Source: an uncultured Gammaproteobacteria bacterium (GTDB taxonomy: Bacteria > Pseudomonadota > Gammaproteobacteria > JACCXJ01). Taken from it: DNA of 64,000 bases. Of the stretch, positions 40,723 through 51,076 are shown piece after piece. The stretch's first letter is position 1, and every line of letters begins with the position of its first letter. The notes under the pieces were generated by a model. The model was not told where the DNA came from. It made no database searches and was given only the letters and a program-made list of their open reading frames with translations. A program made the position numbers and the translations under genes. Location: positions 32,001 to 96,000 of the forward strand of contig CAVXTM010000015.1 of the NCBI GenBank assembly GCA_963764725.1, in the 5' to 3' direction.

Positions 40723-41391
40723 ATGGGACACACCGTGGCCTTTACTCGGCCGGACGGAAAGGCCTCAAGCGGGTACTGTGCGAGCCCCGCGGCGGGCGAT
40801 AGCGCGCCGGGCATCGTGGTGATCCAAGAATGGTGGGGCGTTAACCAGCAGATCAAGGGCGTGGCCGAGCGCCTGGCGCAGTCGGGGTACCGCGCCTTGG
40901 TTCCCGATCTTTATCGAGGCCGGGTGACGCTCGAAGTGGCCGAGGCCGAGCATTTGATGGGGCAGTTGGATTTCGGCGCAGCCGCGACCCAGGACATCCA
41001 AGGCGCGGTGAATTATCTGAAAGCCCGGAACGCCAAGGTCGCGGTGAACGGATTTTGTATGGGCGGGGCGCTTACGATCTTATCGGCCGTGTTGGTGCAG
41101 GATCTGGCCGCCGCTGTCTGCTGGTACGGTTTCCCTCCGGCCGAAGCGGCCGATGCGCGCACCATCCGCATTCCGCTCCTGGGCCATTTCGCGGAGCAAG
41201 ACGAATTCTTCCCGCTGGCCGGTGTGGACGCCCTTGAACAGCGGCTTCGAGACGGGCAGGTGCGCTATGAGTTCCATCGCTATCCGGCACGGCATGCGTT
41301 CGCCAACGAAACCCGGCCGAATTATGACGCGCGCCAGGCTGCGCTGGCCTGGGAGCGCACCCTAGGCTTTCTCGCCACAGAGCTTGCGTAA
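40723..41391 (+). CDS. Dienelactone hydrolase family protein
   Basis: QEWWG, PDLY.G, GFCMGG, HAFAN. Confidence 0.92.
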   Translation: MGHTVAFTRPDGKASSGYCASPAAGDSAPGIVVIQEWWGVNQQIKGVAERLAQSGYRALVPDLYRGRVTLEVAEAEHLMGQLDFGAAATQDIQGAVNYLKARNAKVAVNGFCMGGALTILSAVLVQDLAAAVCWYGFPPAEAADARTIRIPLLGHFAEQDEFFPLAGVDALEQRLRDGQVRYEFHRYPARHAFANETRPNYDARQAALAWERTLGFLATELA

Positions 41392-41421
41392 ACTGCCCGC
41401 TAACGATTTTTTCACAAGTCC
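41380..41421. repeat. Probable internally deleted MITE family A remnant
   Basis: GAGCTTGCGTAAA ... CGATTTTTTCACAAGTCC|TCA resembles both element ends. Confidence 0.4.
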
Positions 41422-41429
41422 TCATTAGC

Positions 41430-42230
41430 GTGACTAGAACATACGACGCGAGCGCCGTGGCGGTTCTGGCGCGCAGCAAACGCGATCTCGCGATCGCCGC
41501 CATCGTAGTCTTCTGTGTCTCCCTCGGGCTTTATCTAGACGGGGATTGCACACGTATTGAACAGTATTTCCTCGGCGCCATCGCGTGGTGCTTTTTATTC
41601 GGGCTTTTGCAATTCGAGACCCCCGCCATTCGTATGCAGGTCGGGGTGGCCGTCGCGGTGGCGACCTTGTGCGAGTACTCCTTCGCGCCCCTCTATCATA
41701 TCTACACCTATCGCTTCGACAATGTTCCCGCCTACGTCCCGCCCGGTCACGGTATGGTGTATCTGACGGCGGTGGCGCTTGCCCGATCCGCGCTCTTCGA
41801 GCGCTACGGCACGCGCATTGCGCGCGTGACGCTCGTAATCGGGGCGTGCTGGGCATTATGGGGCGTGACCTACGCGGAACGCGCCGATACGGGCGGGGCA
41901 GTGCTATTCCTGGTGTTCTGCGGCTTTTACTTTGTTGGGCGCTCACCCCTTCTTTACATCGCGGCCTTCTATATCACGAGCTACTTGGAGATCGTGGGCA
42001 CCTATTCGGGCGCTTGGGCTTGGGCGGTGCATTGGCCCTCTTGGGGCAATCTACCTCAAGCCAATCCGCCGAGCGGCATCGCCGCCGGATATTGCTTCCT
42101 CGACACAATCGCGCTATTCGGCGCTCCCATCTTGGCGCGATTCATCACCTACGGCGGCACCGCGCTCCGGCGCCTGCAGCCTGTCCCCATGGGCGTAATC
42201 CAGGTGCCTTCCGCGCGCGACAGCGGCTAA
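41430..42230 (+). CDS. Integral membrane hypothetical protein
   Basis: Several TM helices; Y.YR..NVP.YVPPGHG, E..GT..G.W.W, NPPSG motifs. Confidence 0.7.
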   Translation: MTRTYDASAVAVLARSKRDLAIAAIVVFCVSLGLYLDGDCTRIEQYFLGAIAWCFLFGLLQFETPAIRMQVGVAVAVATLCEYSFAPLYHIYTYRFDNVPAYVPPGHGMVYLTAVALARSALFERYGTRIARVTLVIGACWALWGVTYAERADTGGAVLFLVFCGFYFVGRSPLLYIAAFYITSYLEIVGTYSGAWAWAVHWPSWGNLPQANPPSGIAAGYCFLDTIALFGAPILARFITYGGTALRRLQPVPMGVIQVPSARDSG

Positions 42231-42395
42231 TCGCACGCCTCGACCCTCCCACGCACGCCGCGGGCGGCTTCTCGCGGTGCCGTAATCATTGTGCGACGCA
42301 CAATACTCGCGCTAAAATCATTGTGCACGGCAATACGGCTCTGATGGGGTCCGGCCGCTATCTTTCCAACTTCGATTTTAGCAATGGAGGATGCA

Positions 42396-43214
42396 ATGGA
42401 AATTAAAGATAAAGTAGCACTCGTGACGGGCGGAGCCAGCGGCATCGGTAAGGCCGTCGGATTAGAGCTCGCGCTTCGGGGCGCCAAGGCGGTCGCATTG
42501 GTTGACCTCACCGAAGAGGCGTTCAGAACCGCGGAGCAGATCAACAAAGACCTCGGGAAAACGGTAGCGCACGCCTTCTGCGGGAATGTGAGCGACGAAG
42601 ATTTCCGTCACGAGGTGTACGACGCCCTGGGCGAACAACATGGCATGGTGACTATCTGTGTCCCGGCCGCCGGCATCACCCGCGACGCCCTAGCGGTCAA
42701 GATGAACAAAGAGACCGGCAAGGCCGAAATCTACCCGATCGAGAAATTCCGGCTGGTGACGGAGGTTGACCTCATCGCCCCGGTCTACTGGTCGCTCGAG
42801 ATGGTGGCGCGCGCCGCCGAGGTGCGTTATCGCATGGGCTTGAAGCGCTGGCAACCGCAGGAAGGCATGCAGGGGGTCATCATCTTCATCGGATCGATCT
42901 CCTCGCAGGGCAACAAGGGCCAGATCGCTTACGCCGCATCGAAGGCCGGTCTGGAAGGGGCGGCGGCGACCCTGATGAAGGAAGCCATCTTTCACGGCGT
43001 CCGTTGTAGCGTGATTCACCCCGGCTTTACCGACACCCCCATGGTCCGCGCCCTCGGCGAGGAGTACATTCAGAAATACGTTCTCCCCGAGACCCAGTTA
43101 GGGCGGTTGATCCGACCGCAAGAGATCGCGGACGCGATTTGCTTTATGATCACCAACTCCGCGGTGAGCGGAGAGCTGTGGGCCGACGCGGGGTGGCATC
43201 CCTCGCCGGCCTAG
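42396..43214 (+). CDS. SDR family oxidoreductase
   Basis: TGGASGIG, AGITRD, YAASK, PGFTDT; RBS GGAGG. Confidence 0.92.
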   Translation: MEIKDKVALVTGGASGIGKAVGLELALRGAKAVALVDLTEEAFRTAEQINKDLGKTVAHAFCGNVSDEDFRHEVYDALGEQHGMVTICVPAAGITRDALAVKMNKETGKAEIYPIEKFRLVTEVDLIAPVYWSLEMVARAAEVRYRMGLKRWQPQEGMQGVIIFIGSISSQGNKGQIAYAASKAGLEGAAATLMKEAIFHGVRCSVIHPGFTDTPMVRALGEEYIQKYVLPETQLGRLIRPQEIADAICFMITNSAVSGELWADAGWHPSPA

Positions 43215-43306
43215 CGGGTGATCTCCTGATTTCGGGGAGCGCTGCTATAGGCTGGCTAGCGGATGCCCGACGCGTTAGATCCTACGCTCTTGGATAGCGG
43301 AGCAAT

Positions 43307-44827
43307 GTGAACAAGAAATCTCTCCCATTGCTGGGCTCGGCACACCGAGCATCGTGCCGTCGCGGCATGCGCGTTCGAGGACCGGTCGCGTTCTCCCTCC
43401 TGCTGGCATTCGTCCTCCCGTCCCTGCGCGCGGAAACGACTCCCGGCCGGTTACCGCCCCCCGTCATGCAAGCGCTACAGCGGGCCAAGATCCCAGCCGA
43501 GAGCGCCGGGATCTTCGTGCAAGACACGGCTACCCGGGAGCCGTTGCTCGAGTGGTCGGCGCAAACGCCGATGAATCCCGCCTCGACCGTTAAACTCCTC
43601 ACGACCTTCGCCGCACTCGATCGGCTCGGTCCCGTCTATACCTGGAAGACCGAAATCTACGGCTCGGGCCTTACCCAAGGCGATGTGCTCGAGGGGGATC
43701 TCATCATCAAGGGCTACGGTGATCCCAAGCTGACCTTGGAACGCTTTTGGCTCCTGCTGCGCACCGTTCGGCAACGCGGCATTCGGGTGATCCGCGGGGA
43801 CTTGGTGCTCGATCGCAGCTACTTCGCTATCCCGGAGGATGACCCCGGGCAGTTCGATCACCAGCCCTTCAGCCCCTATAACACCGGACCCGATGCCTTG
43901 CTGTTGAACTTCAAATCCGTACAGATCCGGTTGTTGCCGACGGGCGCCGGTGCGGTGCGCGTGGTCAGCGATCCGAATCCCACGCAGTTGCAGCTCGTCA
44001 ACCGGCTCGGCGACGCGCGCGGGCCGTGCCGGGGCGGTCCGTCGATCGGCGTCCGCGGCGATGCTTCGCAGGTAAGGGTGACGGTCTATGGACGCTACGC
44101 CGCGGCCTGCGGCGATGGCGAGTATTACACCGCTGTCTTGGGCCACCCTCAGTACGTCCACGGCGTATTCGAGGACATATGGGGCGATCTCGGCGGCAAG
44201 CTCCACGGCCGCGTCCGCGAGGGCCTAGTGCCGGCGCACGCCGAGCTTCTGGCCGCAAGCGAATCCCCGCCGCTCGCCGAGATGGTCCGCGACATCAACA
44301 AGTTCAGCAACAACGTGATGGCGCGGCAGTTATTCCTCACCTTCGGTGCGGCCGCTCGGCAAGCGCCGGCGACCTTGGTGAAGTCGCAACAGTCGATGCA
44401 TGATTGGCTTCTCGACCAAGGCTTGGATCCGCAAATGGCCACTCTCGAAAACGGCTCGGGGCTGTCGCGCACGGAGCGCATCACGGCGCGCGAGATGGGC
44501 AAACTGTTGCTCGCCGCGTACCGCAGTCCGTTGATGCCGGAATTCGTATCTTCCCTGCCGATCGCCTCGGTGGACGGAACCATGCGCCGGCGGTTGCGCT
44601 ACACGGACGTTACGGGTCATGCTCACATAAAAACCGGCAGTCTGCGCGGCGTCAAAGCCATCGCCGGTTATGTGCACGACCGGTTAAGGCGCACGATCGC
44701 GGTCGCCTGCCTCATCAATCACCGCAACGCGGGGGCGGGCGGCGCGGCTCAGGACGCGCTGCTCCGCTGGATCTATGAGGGAGGGTCCCAAGCCCCGCGG
44801 CCCGTAACCCGGCAAGCGACGCGGTAG
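43307..44827 (+). CDS. dacB: D-Ala-D-Ala carboxypeptidase/endopeptidase PBP4
   Basis: PASTVK (SxxK), S.N, GSGLSR, KTGSL. Confidence 0.92.
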   Translation: MNKKSLPLLGSAHRASCRRGMRVRGPVAFSLLLAFVLPSLRAETTPGRLPPPVMQALQRAKIPAESAGIFVQDTATREPLLEWSAQTPMNPASTVKLLTTFAALDRLGPVYTWKTEIYGSGLTQGDVLEGDLIIKGYGDPKLTLERFWLLLRTVRQRGIRVIRGDLVLDRSYFAIPEDDPGQFDHQPFSPYNTGPDALLLNFKSVQIRLLPTGAGAVRVVSDPNPTQLQLVNRLGDARGPCRGGPSIGVRGDASQVRVTVYGRYAAACGDGEYYTAVLGHPQYVHGVFEDIWGDLGGKLHGRVREGLVPAHAELLAASESPPLAEMVRDINKFSNNVMARQLFLTFGAAARQAPATLVKSQQSMHDWLLDQGLDPQMATLENGSGLSRTERITAREMGKLLLAAYRSPLMPEFVSSLPIASVDGTMRRRLRYTDVTGHAHIKTGSLRGVKAIAGYVHDRLRRTIAVACLINHRNAGAGGAAQDALLRWIYEGGSQAPRPVTRQATR

Positions 44828-44887
44828 AACAGGCGCCTCTACACCGCCTTCAGAGTATGCCTGCGGCGACCCGGCGCCAGTCCAATC

Positions 44888-45472
44888 ATGCAACGAGTGA
44901 AGCGTCTTCTTTTGATCTTCGCGGTGCTTGAATCGGGTTGCGCACAGGGACCGGAGGTCCCCGCAATGGTGCCTGACATCAACACCGCTCCGTCCATCTC
45001 CAGCCGAAAAACGATCGCCATCTCACGGGCACTAGGCGGCAAGGAGACGAATTTTTTCATGACCTCGGAGATCGATAACGAAGGCTTTCGGAAGGCCCTG
45101 AAGATCGCGCTCGAAAAATCAGGACTATTCCGCATCGTGTTTATCGACCTGCACGGTGATTATGTGCTTTATCCCAAGATTGTGTACCAAGACGTGACCC
45201 CGGGCCTGTCGATGCGCTCAGTGTTCAAGGTCGATTATCGGATCGTGGATGGCTGGAGCGAAAAGGAACTCTGGCAACGGCGGGTGATCTCGACCTATGA
45301 CGCGCCCCTCGCTGAGGCGCTGTACGGTGTGAGCCGGGTACGCAAGGCGCATGAAGGATCGGTGAGAGAAAATATTCAATCGCTGCTGATGCAATTAAGC
45401 GAATTCGTAGCCGCGGACATTGCTCGAGACTCCTCGAACCCATCAATGCCACCGGCTGGTGATCCGCGTTAG
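44888..45472 (+). CDS. Putative lipoprotein
   Basis: Signal peptide ending in SGC lipobox-like motif. Confidence 0.6.
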   Translation: MQRVKRLLLIFAVLESGCAQGPEVPAMVPDINTAPSISSRKTIAISRALGGKETNFFMTSEIDNEGFRKALKIALEKSGLFRIVFIDLHGDYVLYPKIVYQDVTPGLSMRSVFKVDYRIVDGWSEKELWQRRVISTYDAPLAEALYGVSRVRKAHEGSVRENIQSLLMQLSEFVAADIARDSSNPSMPPAGDPR

Positions 45473-45884
45473 CCCAACACTCTACCTCCGGGAGCGGGAT
45501 CTCGAGTGGCAGTTCGTGCGCGCCCCGGGACCCGGCGGTCAGAACGTCAATAAGGTCGCGACGGCGGCGCAGCTTCGTTTTCACGTCGGCAACGCTACTT
45601 ATCTGCCGGAGACGCTGCGCAAGCGGTTGTTCTACCTCGCGCGCGGGCGCATCGCCAAGGAGGCGACGTTGGTGATCGAGGCCCACCGCTATCGCAGCCA
45701 AGAACGCAATCGGCGAGACGCACTCGAACGCCTCCTGGACCTTATCCGCCGAGCCGCGATCATCCCAACGCCGCGACTGAAGACCGGGCCGACGCGCGCC
45801 TCGCGGAGCATCCGGCTCGAAAGCAAGCGCCGTCGCGGTCTGCTCAAGCGCGGGCGCAATGTCGAACCGGGGGTCGAATCCTAA
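45459..45884 (+). CDS. arfB: Alternative ribosome rescue factor ArfB (YaeJ)
   Basis: GPGGQNVNKV, RSQ..NR..A, basic C-terminal tail. Confidence 0.92.
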   Translation: MIRVSPTLYLRERDLEWQFVRAPGPGGQNVNKVATAAQLRFHVGNATYLPETLRKRLFYLARGRIAKEATLVIEAHRYRSQERNRRDALERLLDLIRRAAIIPTPRLKTGPTRASRSIRLESKRRRGLLKRGRNVEPGVES

Positions 45885-46020
45885 GCCACCGGCGTGGCGA
45901 TCCGCGAACAGGTACGGCCTGGGACTGGTATCGCGACCGCTTGGCTCTTAGAATGACGGCAACTAGACGCTAAACCGATCCCATTCGATACGTCATCGGA
46001 GAACGACGAGGTATAGACCC

Positions 46021-46347
46021 ATGGATATCATGGAGCAAATCAAGACGACCATTCATAGCAATCCTATCGTGCTCTTCATGAAAGGAACGCCGGATTTCCC
46101 GCAGTGCGGTTTTTCAATGCGCGTGGCCGAAGCCTTGAAGTCCTGTGAGGTGCCATTCGCGCATGTGGACATACTGTCGCACCCCGAGATGCGCCAAAAC
46201 CTGCCTCGCTATTCCAACTGGCCGACGTTTCCCCAGATTTTCATCAACGGGGAGCTCATTGGGGGTTGTGATATCGTGATGGAGCTGCATGAGAAAGGCG
46301 AATTACAGAAAATGACACGCGCCGCGGTAGCCACCGTGACGCAATGA
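46021..46347 (+). CDS. grxD: Monothiol glutaredoxin Grx4
   Basis: MKG.P..PQCGFS, WPTFPQ, GGCD. Confidence 0.96.
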   Translation: MDIMEQIKTTIHSNPIVLFMKGTPDFPQCGFSMRVAEALKSCEVPFAHVDILSHPEMRQNLPRYSNWPTFPQIFINGELIGGCDIVMELHEKGELQKMTRAAVATVTQ

Positions 46348-46511
46348 CACGGCCGGCGCGCTCCGTCGGACGCGCCTCCCGGTCCCTTATGCGCGAATTC
46401 CCGAGGCTCCGATCCGCGGGGTGGCGGCTGTCTCGCGTGGGTTATACTGATCCGCTGATCGCAACGTCCTTGTTGAGACCAGCGGGAGCGGTTGAGAGGA
46501 CTTGTGCTTTT

Positions 46512-46886
46512 TTATAATTTATCTAGTGCCCCGGTAAGTAAAGTAATCGATTCTTGCAACGGGGCCACGGCGGCGGCGGCATCCCCTTTGTCGGCCGCTA
46601 CGATCGCTGTAGTGAGCCTGTTCTGAGCCTGCTCTATATCCATACCGGCGTTTTCAGTAGCGGCGCCTTCATCGGCCTGAGCGGACGCGGCGCGGGCAGC
46701 CGCGGCGGTCTCCGGAGCTTTTCCCTGCTGAGCGTAGCCCAAGGCCTCGTTTGCGTGTTTTAGAGCTTCGGAAACGAATCCCTTGACGGTATCTACATGG
46801 AGGCCAGTACCGCCTTGAGCAAAAACACTCGTTGCGGTAAGACTGAGCGCGCCCGCGAGGAGCGCGGTGACAAAATTTTTCTTCAT
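46512..46886 (-). CDS. Periplasmic four-helix-bundle protein, SmbP-like
   Basis: Signal peptide; EALKHA.EA...G and AI....G...A...E.I..L helical pattern. Confidence 0.6.
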   Translation of the reverse strand: MKKNFVTALLAGALSLTATSVFAQGGTGLHVDTVKGFVSEALKHANEALGYAQQGKAPETAAAARAASAQADEGAATENAGMDIEQAQNRLTTAIVAADKGDAAAAVAPLQESITLLTGALDKL

Positions 46887-47158
46887 CTGTCTGTTCCTTT
46901 TCATCGTGTATAGAATTAGGAATCTCCACGAAACAGGCCGGCCGCTGCGACCATTCGATACCGAGCCTTATGGGGCTCGGCGCATAGACCTCCCTGAGGA
47001 CTCTATTTGGCCTGACCTGCCGCATTTCGCAGGATCTTAGTATAGATTAACACGATCCGGGTTTTGCGACACGGGAGGCCCGGCGCGTCGAGCCGGGATA
47101 GTCTCTCAAGCGAGCGTGTAATGGCAGCGGGTAGAGAAACGGCTGGAGCCGGCCCGCG

Positions 47159-47686
47159 TTACAGTCCCTCTTCCTCGATCGCGATATCGACCATCAGCTC
47201 GTTGCCGAGGTTTTCGAGCACCGCGCACAGTTGCTCGGTGGCTACACCGGCGGGCACACTGAGCTCGGCGGTGACCTTGAACATCACCTCCCCCGACCAG
47301 GATGCGCTCGCGCATGTCGATTCCAGCTCATCGATGCTGACGCCACGAGTGGCGAGCGCGTGAGCGATCTCTTTGATGATCCCGGGCCGGTCTTGGCCCG
47401 TCATCTCGAGTTTCACTCGGCGGAGACCGAGGGCGGGCGCGCGCACGGGCTCGGCCGCGATGGTTACGGTCAGCCCCTCTCTGCGTAGCCTCTCAAGCGC
47501 CGATTCGAGGGCGGCGAGCTTTTTTTCCGGGACGCTCGCTTGCAGCAGTCCGGCGAACTGCCCGCCGAGCGTGGCCATGCGGCTTTGCTGCCAGTTGGCC
47601 CCGTGGGCGGCGAGGGTCGTCGATAGCAGATCAATCAAACCCGGTTTGTCGGGGCTCGTGGCGGTGAGGACTAAGATTACTGGCAT
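47159..47686 (-). CDS. Tandem ACT-domain protein (GcvR-like)
   Basis: DKPGL...GANW..SRM..LGGQFA and DRPGII ACT motifs; downstream of gcvP. Confidence 0.85.
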   Translation of the reverse strand: MPVILVLTATSPDKPGLIDLLSTTLAAHGANWQQSRMATLGGQFAGLLQASVPEKKLAALESALERLRREGLTVTIAAEPVRAPALGLRRVKLEMTGQDRPGIIKEIAHALATRGVSIDELESTCASASWSGEVMFKVTAELSVPAGVATEQLCAVLENLGNELMVDIAIEEEGL

Positions 47687-47739
47687 GGTCGTGTACTCCG
47701 TGAAATTCGTAGTATTTGACGCTCACGCTCAGAGGCTTG

Positions 47740-50682
47740 CTAGGCGATCCTGCTGCGCACGGCAGTCTCCGTGGCTTCGGCAGCCTCGGCGTACGCGGAG
47801 AGCGGCGGGCAGGTGCAGATCAATTGACGATCCCCGCGCACGTTGTCTATCCGGCCCACGGGCGGCCAGAACTTATCGCCGCGCAGACTCGCGAGCGGAT
47901 AGAATGCCTGCTGTTTGGTATAGGGGTAGCGCCACGGCTCCTCTAACAAGAGGCCCGGCGGGTGAGGCGCATTGCGCAGGAGATTATTCTCCGGATCGGC
48001 TTCTCCGCGTTCCACCGCCGCGATCTCGTCGCGGATCCCGATCATGGCCTCGCAGAAACGATCCAGCTCGCGCTTGCTCTCGCTCTCGGTCGGCTCGATC
48101 ATCAAGGTATCGGGGACCGGAAACGACATCGTCGGCGCATGGAATCCGTAGTCGACCAGCCGCTTGGCGATATCGTCCACCGTGATGCCGGTCGCCTCCT
48201 TGATCGGCCGCACGTCGATGATGCATTCGTGGGCGACCAGATTATTCTTTCCTGTATAAAGGATCGGATAGTAGGCACTCAAGCGCCGGGCGATGTAGTT
48301 GGCGTTGAGGATCGCAATTTGCGTCGCGCGTGTGAGGCCTTCGGCGCCCATCATCGCGATGTAGGCCCAGGAGATCGTCATCAGGCTGGCGGAACCCCAG
48401 GGCGCCCCGGCGATCGGTCCGATGGTACCGGCGGGCCCGGCGGCGGGATTGACGCCGCCGACTACGGGGTGATCGGGCAGATAGGGCGCGAGATGCGCCC
48501 GCACCCCGATGGGCCCGGCCCCGGGCCCCCCGCCGCCATGCGGTATGCAGAAGGTCTTGTGCAGATTTATGTGGGCGACATCGGCGCCGATGAGTCCGGG
48601 TTGACTGAGGCCGACGAGGGCGTTGAGATTGGCCCCATCCAGGTACACTTGTCCGCCGCAGTCGTGGATGATGCGGCATATCTCTACGAAAGCCTCCTCG
48701 AACACGCCGTGGGTGGAGGGGTAGGTAATCATCAGTGCGACCAATTCAGCGCGGCAAGCCTCGGCCTTGGCCTTCAGATCGCGGAGCTCGACATTGCCCT
48801 CTTCGTCACAGGCCACGACCATCACATTCAACCCGGCCATCGAGGCGCTCGCCGGGTTGGTGCCATGGGCCGAGGCCGGGATCAAACACACATTCCGATG
48901 TCCCTCACCCCGGGTTTCATGGTATTTACGGATCACGAGCAAGCCTGCATATTCGCCTTGGGAGCCGGCGTTCGGTTGCAGCGAGAAGGCGTCGAAACCG
49001 GTGATGCGGCAAAGCCTGTCCTCGAGCTCCTCGAAGAGTTGCAAGTACCCTTGGGTCTGATCGAGCGGCGCGAAGGGGTGCAGCGCGCTGAACTCGCGCT
49101 GGGAGAGCGCTTGCATCTCGGTCGTGGCGTTGAGCTTCATAGTGCAAGAACCGAGCGGAATCATCGCGCGGTCCAAGGCGATGTCCTTGGCGGCGAGCCG
49201 CCGCAGGTACCGCATCATCTCGGTCTCGGAGTGATAGGAATTGAAGACCGGATGGCTGAGCAAAGCGCTCCGCCGCCGCAAGCCTTCCGGTACGCATTCC
49301 ACGATCTCGGCATCCAAACGCTCGATGTCGAGCAGTGCGTCGGCTTGGGTCGAGAACACCCGCAAGAGCTTGCGCAGATGCTCGCGGGTGGTGGCTTCGT
49401 CAAACGTGATGCCAAGGTAATCGGCCTCGAACACCCGCAGATTGATTTGCGACTCGCGCGCGCGAGCGCCGATGCGCCGGGCTTGTCCGGGGACCCTCAC
49501 GGTAAGCGTGTCGAACCAGCCGCGAGTCACGACCTCGAAGCCGAGTTTTTCAAGCCCGGCGGCGAGGATTTGGGTCAGACGGTGCACGCGGTCCGCGATG
49601 CGCTTCAGGCCCTTGGGGCCGTGGTAGACCGCATAAAAACCCGCGATGTTGGCGAGCAGCGCTTGGGCCGTACAGAGGTTGCTGGTCGCCTTTTCCCGGC
49701 GAATGTGCTGCTCCCGCGTTTGCAAGGCCATACGATAAGCCGGTTGTCCGAGGCTGTCGACGGACACGCCGATGATCCTTCCTGGCACCGAACGCTTATA
49801 GGCATCGCGGGTGGCGAAAAATGCCGCGTGGGGCCCGCCGTAGCCCATCGGCACGCCGAAGCGCTGCGCACTTCCGACGACGATATCGGCCCCCATCTCG
49901 CCCGGCGGCTTAAGCAGCACCAGGCTCAGCGGATCGGCCGCGACGGTGACCAGCGCCTGCTTCGGGCGGGCAGCGGCAATCACGGCCTGAGGATCCCGGA
50001 CCTCGCCGCTGGAACCGGGATACTGAAGCAGGACGCCGAAGAATTCGTGGCGTTCGAGATCGGTGTAGGGATCAGCCACGACGATTTCGATGCCGAGCGG
50101 CCGGGCGCGGGTGCGAACGACGGCAACGGTCTGGGGATGGCAATCGCGATCGATGAAGAATACATTGGATTTCGCCCGTGAGAGTCGCCGCGACATCGTC
50201 ATCGCCTCGGCCGCGGCGGTCGGCTCATCGAGCAACGAGGCGTTCGCGATCTCCATTGCCGTGAGGTCGATGATCATCTGTTGGAAATTGAGGAGCGCTT
50301 CGAGCCGCCCTTGGCTCACCTCGGCTTGATAAGGCGTATAGGCCGTATACCAACTCGGGTTCTCCAGCACGTTGCGCTTGATGACCGCCGGCATGATAGT
50401 ACCGTGATATCCCATGCCGAGCATGGAGACGAAGACCTTGTTGCGCTCGCGCATCCGGCGCATATACGACAACGCCGCCCGTTCGCTCATGGGCGGGGGT
50501 AGATCCAGAGCGTGCTCTGCACGGATGCTGGGCGGCACGGCCCGGTCGATCAGATCCTCGAGACTCCGCAGGCCGAGGATCCGTAGCATTTTAGCGCACT
50601 GCGTACGGTCAGGCCCGATATGCCGGCGCATGAAATCGTCGTGCATTTCAAGCTCGGTCAAAGACGGCGTCGGCTCCGGCAT
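47740..50682 (-). CDS. gcvP: Glycine dehydrogenase (glycine cleavage P protein)
   Basis: [58 protein letters not shown]. Confidence 0.98.
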   Translation of the reverse strand: MPEPTPSLTELEMHDDFMRRHIGPDRTQCAKMLRILGLRSLEDLIDRAVPPSIRAEHALDLPPPMSERAALSYMRRMRERNKVFVSMLGMGYHGTIMPAVIKRNVLENPSWYTAYTPYQAEVSQGRLEALLNFQQMIIDLTAMEIANASLLDEPTAAAEAMTMSRRLSRAKSNVFFIDRDCHPQTVAVVRTRARPLGIEIVVADPYTDLERHEFFGVLLQYPGSSGEVRDPQAVIAAARPKQALVTVAADPLSLVLLKPPGEMGADIVVGSAQRFGVPMGYGGPHAAFFATRDAYKRSVPGRIIGVSVDSLGQPAYRMALQTREQHIRREKATSNLCTAQALLANIAGFYAVYHGPKGLKRIADRVHRLTQILAAGLEKLGFEVVTRGWFDTLTVRVPGQARRIGARARESQINLRVFEADYLGITFDEATTREHLRKLLRVFSTQADALLDIERLDAEIVECVPEGLRRRSALLSHPVFNSYHSETEMMRYLRRLAAKDIALDRAMIPLGSCTMKLNATTEMQALSQREFSALHPFAPLDQTQGYLQLFEELEDRLCRITGFDAFSLQPNAGSQGEYAGLLVIRKYHETRGEGHRNVCLIPASAHGTNPASASMAGLNVMVVACDEEGNVELRDLKAKAEACRAELVALMITYPSTHGVFEEAFVEICRIIHDCGGQVYLDGANLNALVGLSQPGLIGADVAHINLHKTFCIPHGGGGPGAGPIGVRAHLAPYLPDHPVVGGVNPAAGPAGTIGPIAGAPWGSASLMTISWAYIAMMGAEGLTRATQIAILNANYIARRLSAYYPILYTGKNNLVAHECIIDVRPIKEATGITVDDIAKRLVDYGFHAPTMSFPVPDTLMIEPTESESKRELDRFCEAMIGIRDEIAAVERGEADPENNLLRNAPHPPGLLLEEPWRYPYTKQQAFYPLASLRGDKFWPPVGRIDNVRGDRQLICTCPPLSAYAEAAEATETAVRSRIA

Positions 50683-51076
50683 CGCAAAGCCCCTCCTCGG
50701 CAAAGGCTATTGTTTATTTTAGTTGTTACGTCGTAATCATACCAACAAGACGCCGACGGCCGTGGCATCGCGGCATATACGGGATCCGTCTCGTCAAGAC
50801 CGCAGCGCGTGAGTTCCGTCAGCTCGACCCGTCGCGTGCTCTGCCGCGGTGGGAGGGATGACCGTGAGGCCGATTGTCGAGGCTAAAAGCACCCCGGAGC
50901 AAGGTAATTTCGGCATTGCTTTGCCTCCCCTTTTCTTGTATACCCCGTACACTCTCTTTAATTCGCGAAAATGAAAAAATCTCAAGGAAGTTATGCGAGA
51001 TGCCGACTCCGTCAAAAATCCGACCGCCGGATGTAGACTTTACTGACAACCTAAGATTGGTCGCTAGGCAGCCCGC

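Noticed and set aside
47962-50181. 739-aa ORF antisense to gcvP
   Set aside because: Shadow frame of a high-GC gene; no motifs or RBS
50683-51076. Glycine riboswitch upstream of gcvP
   Set aside because: Conserved GGAGA/CCGAAG/CTCAGG elements not found
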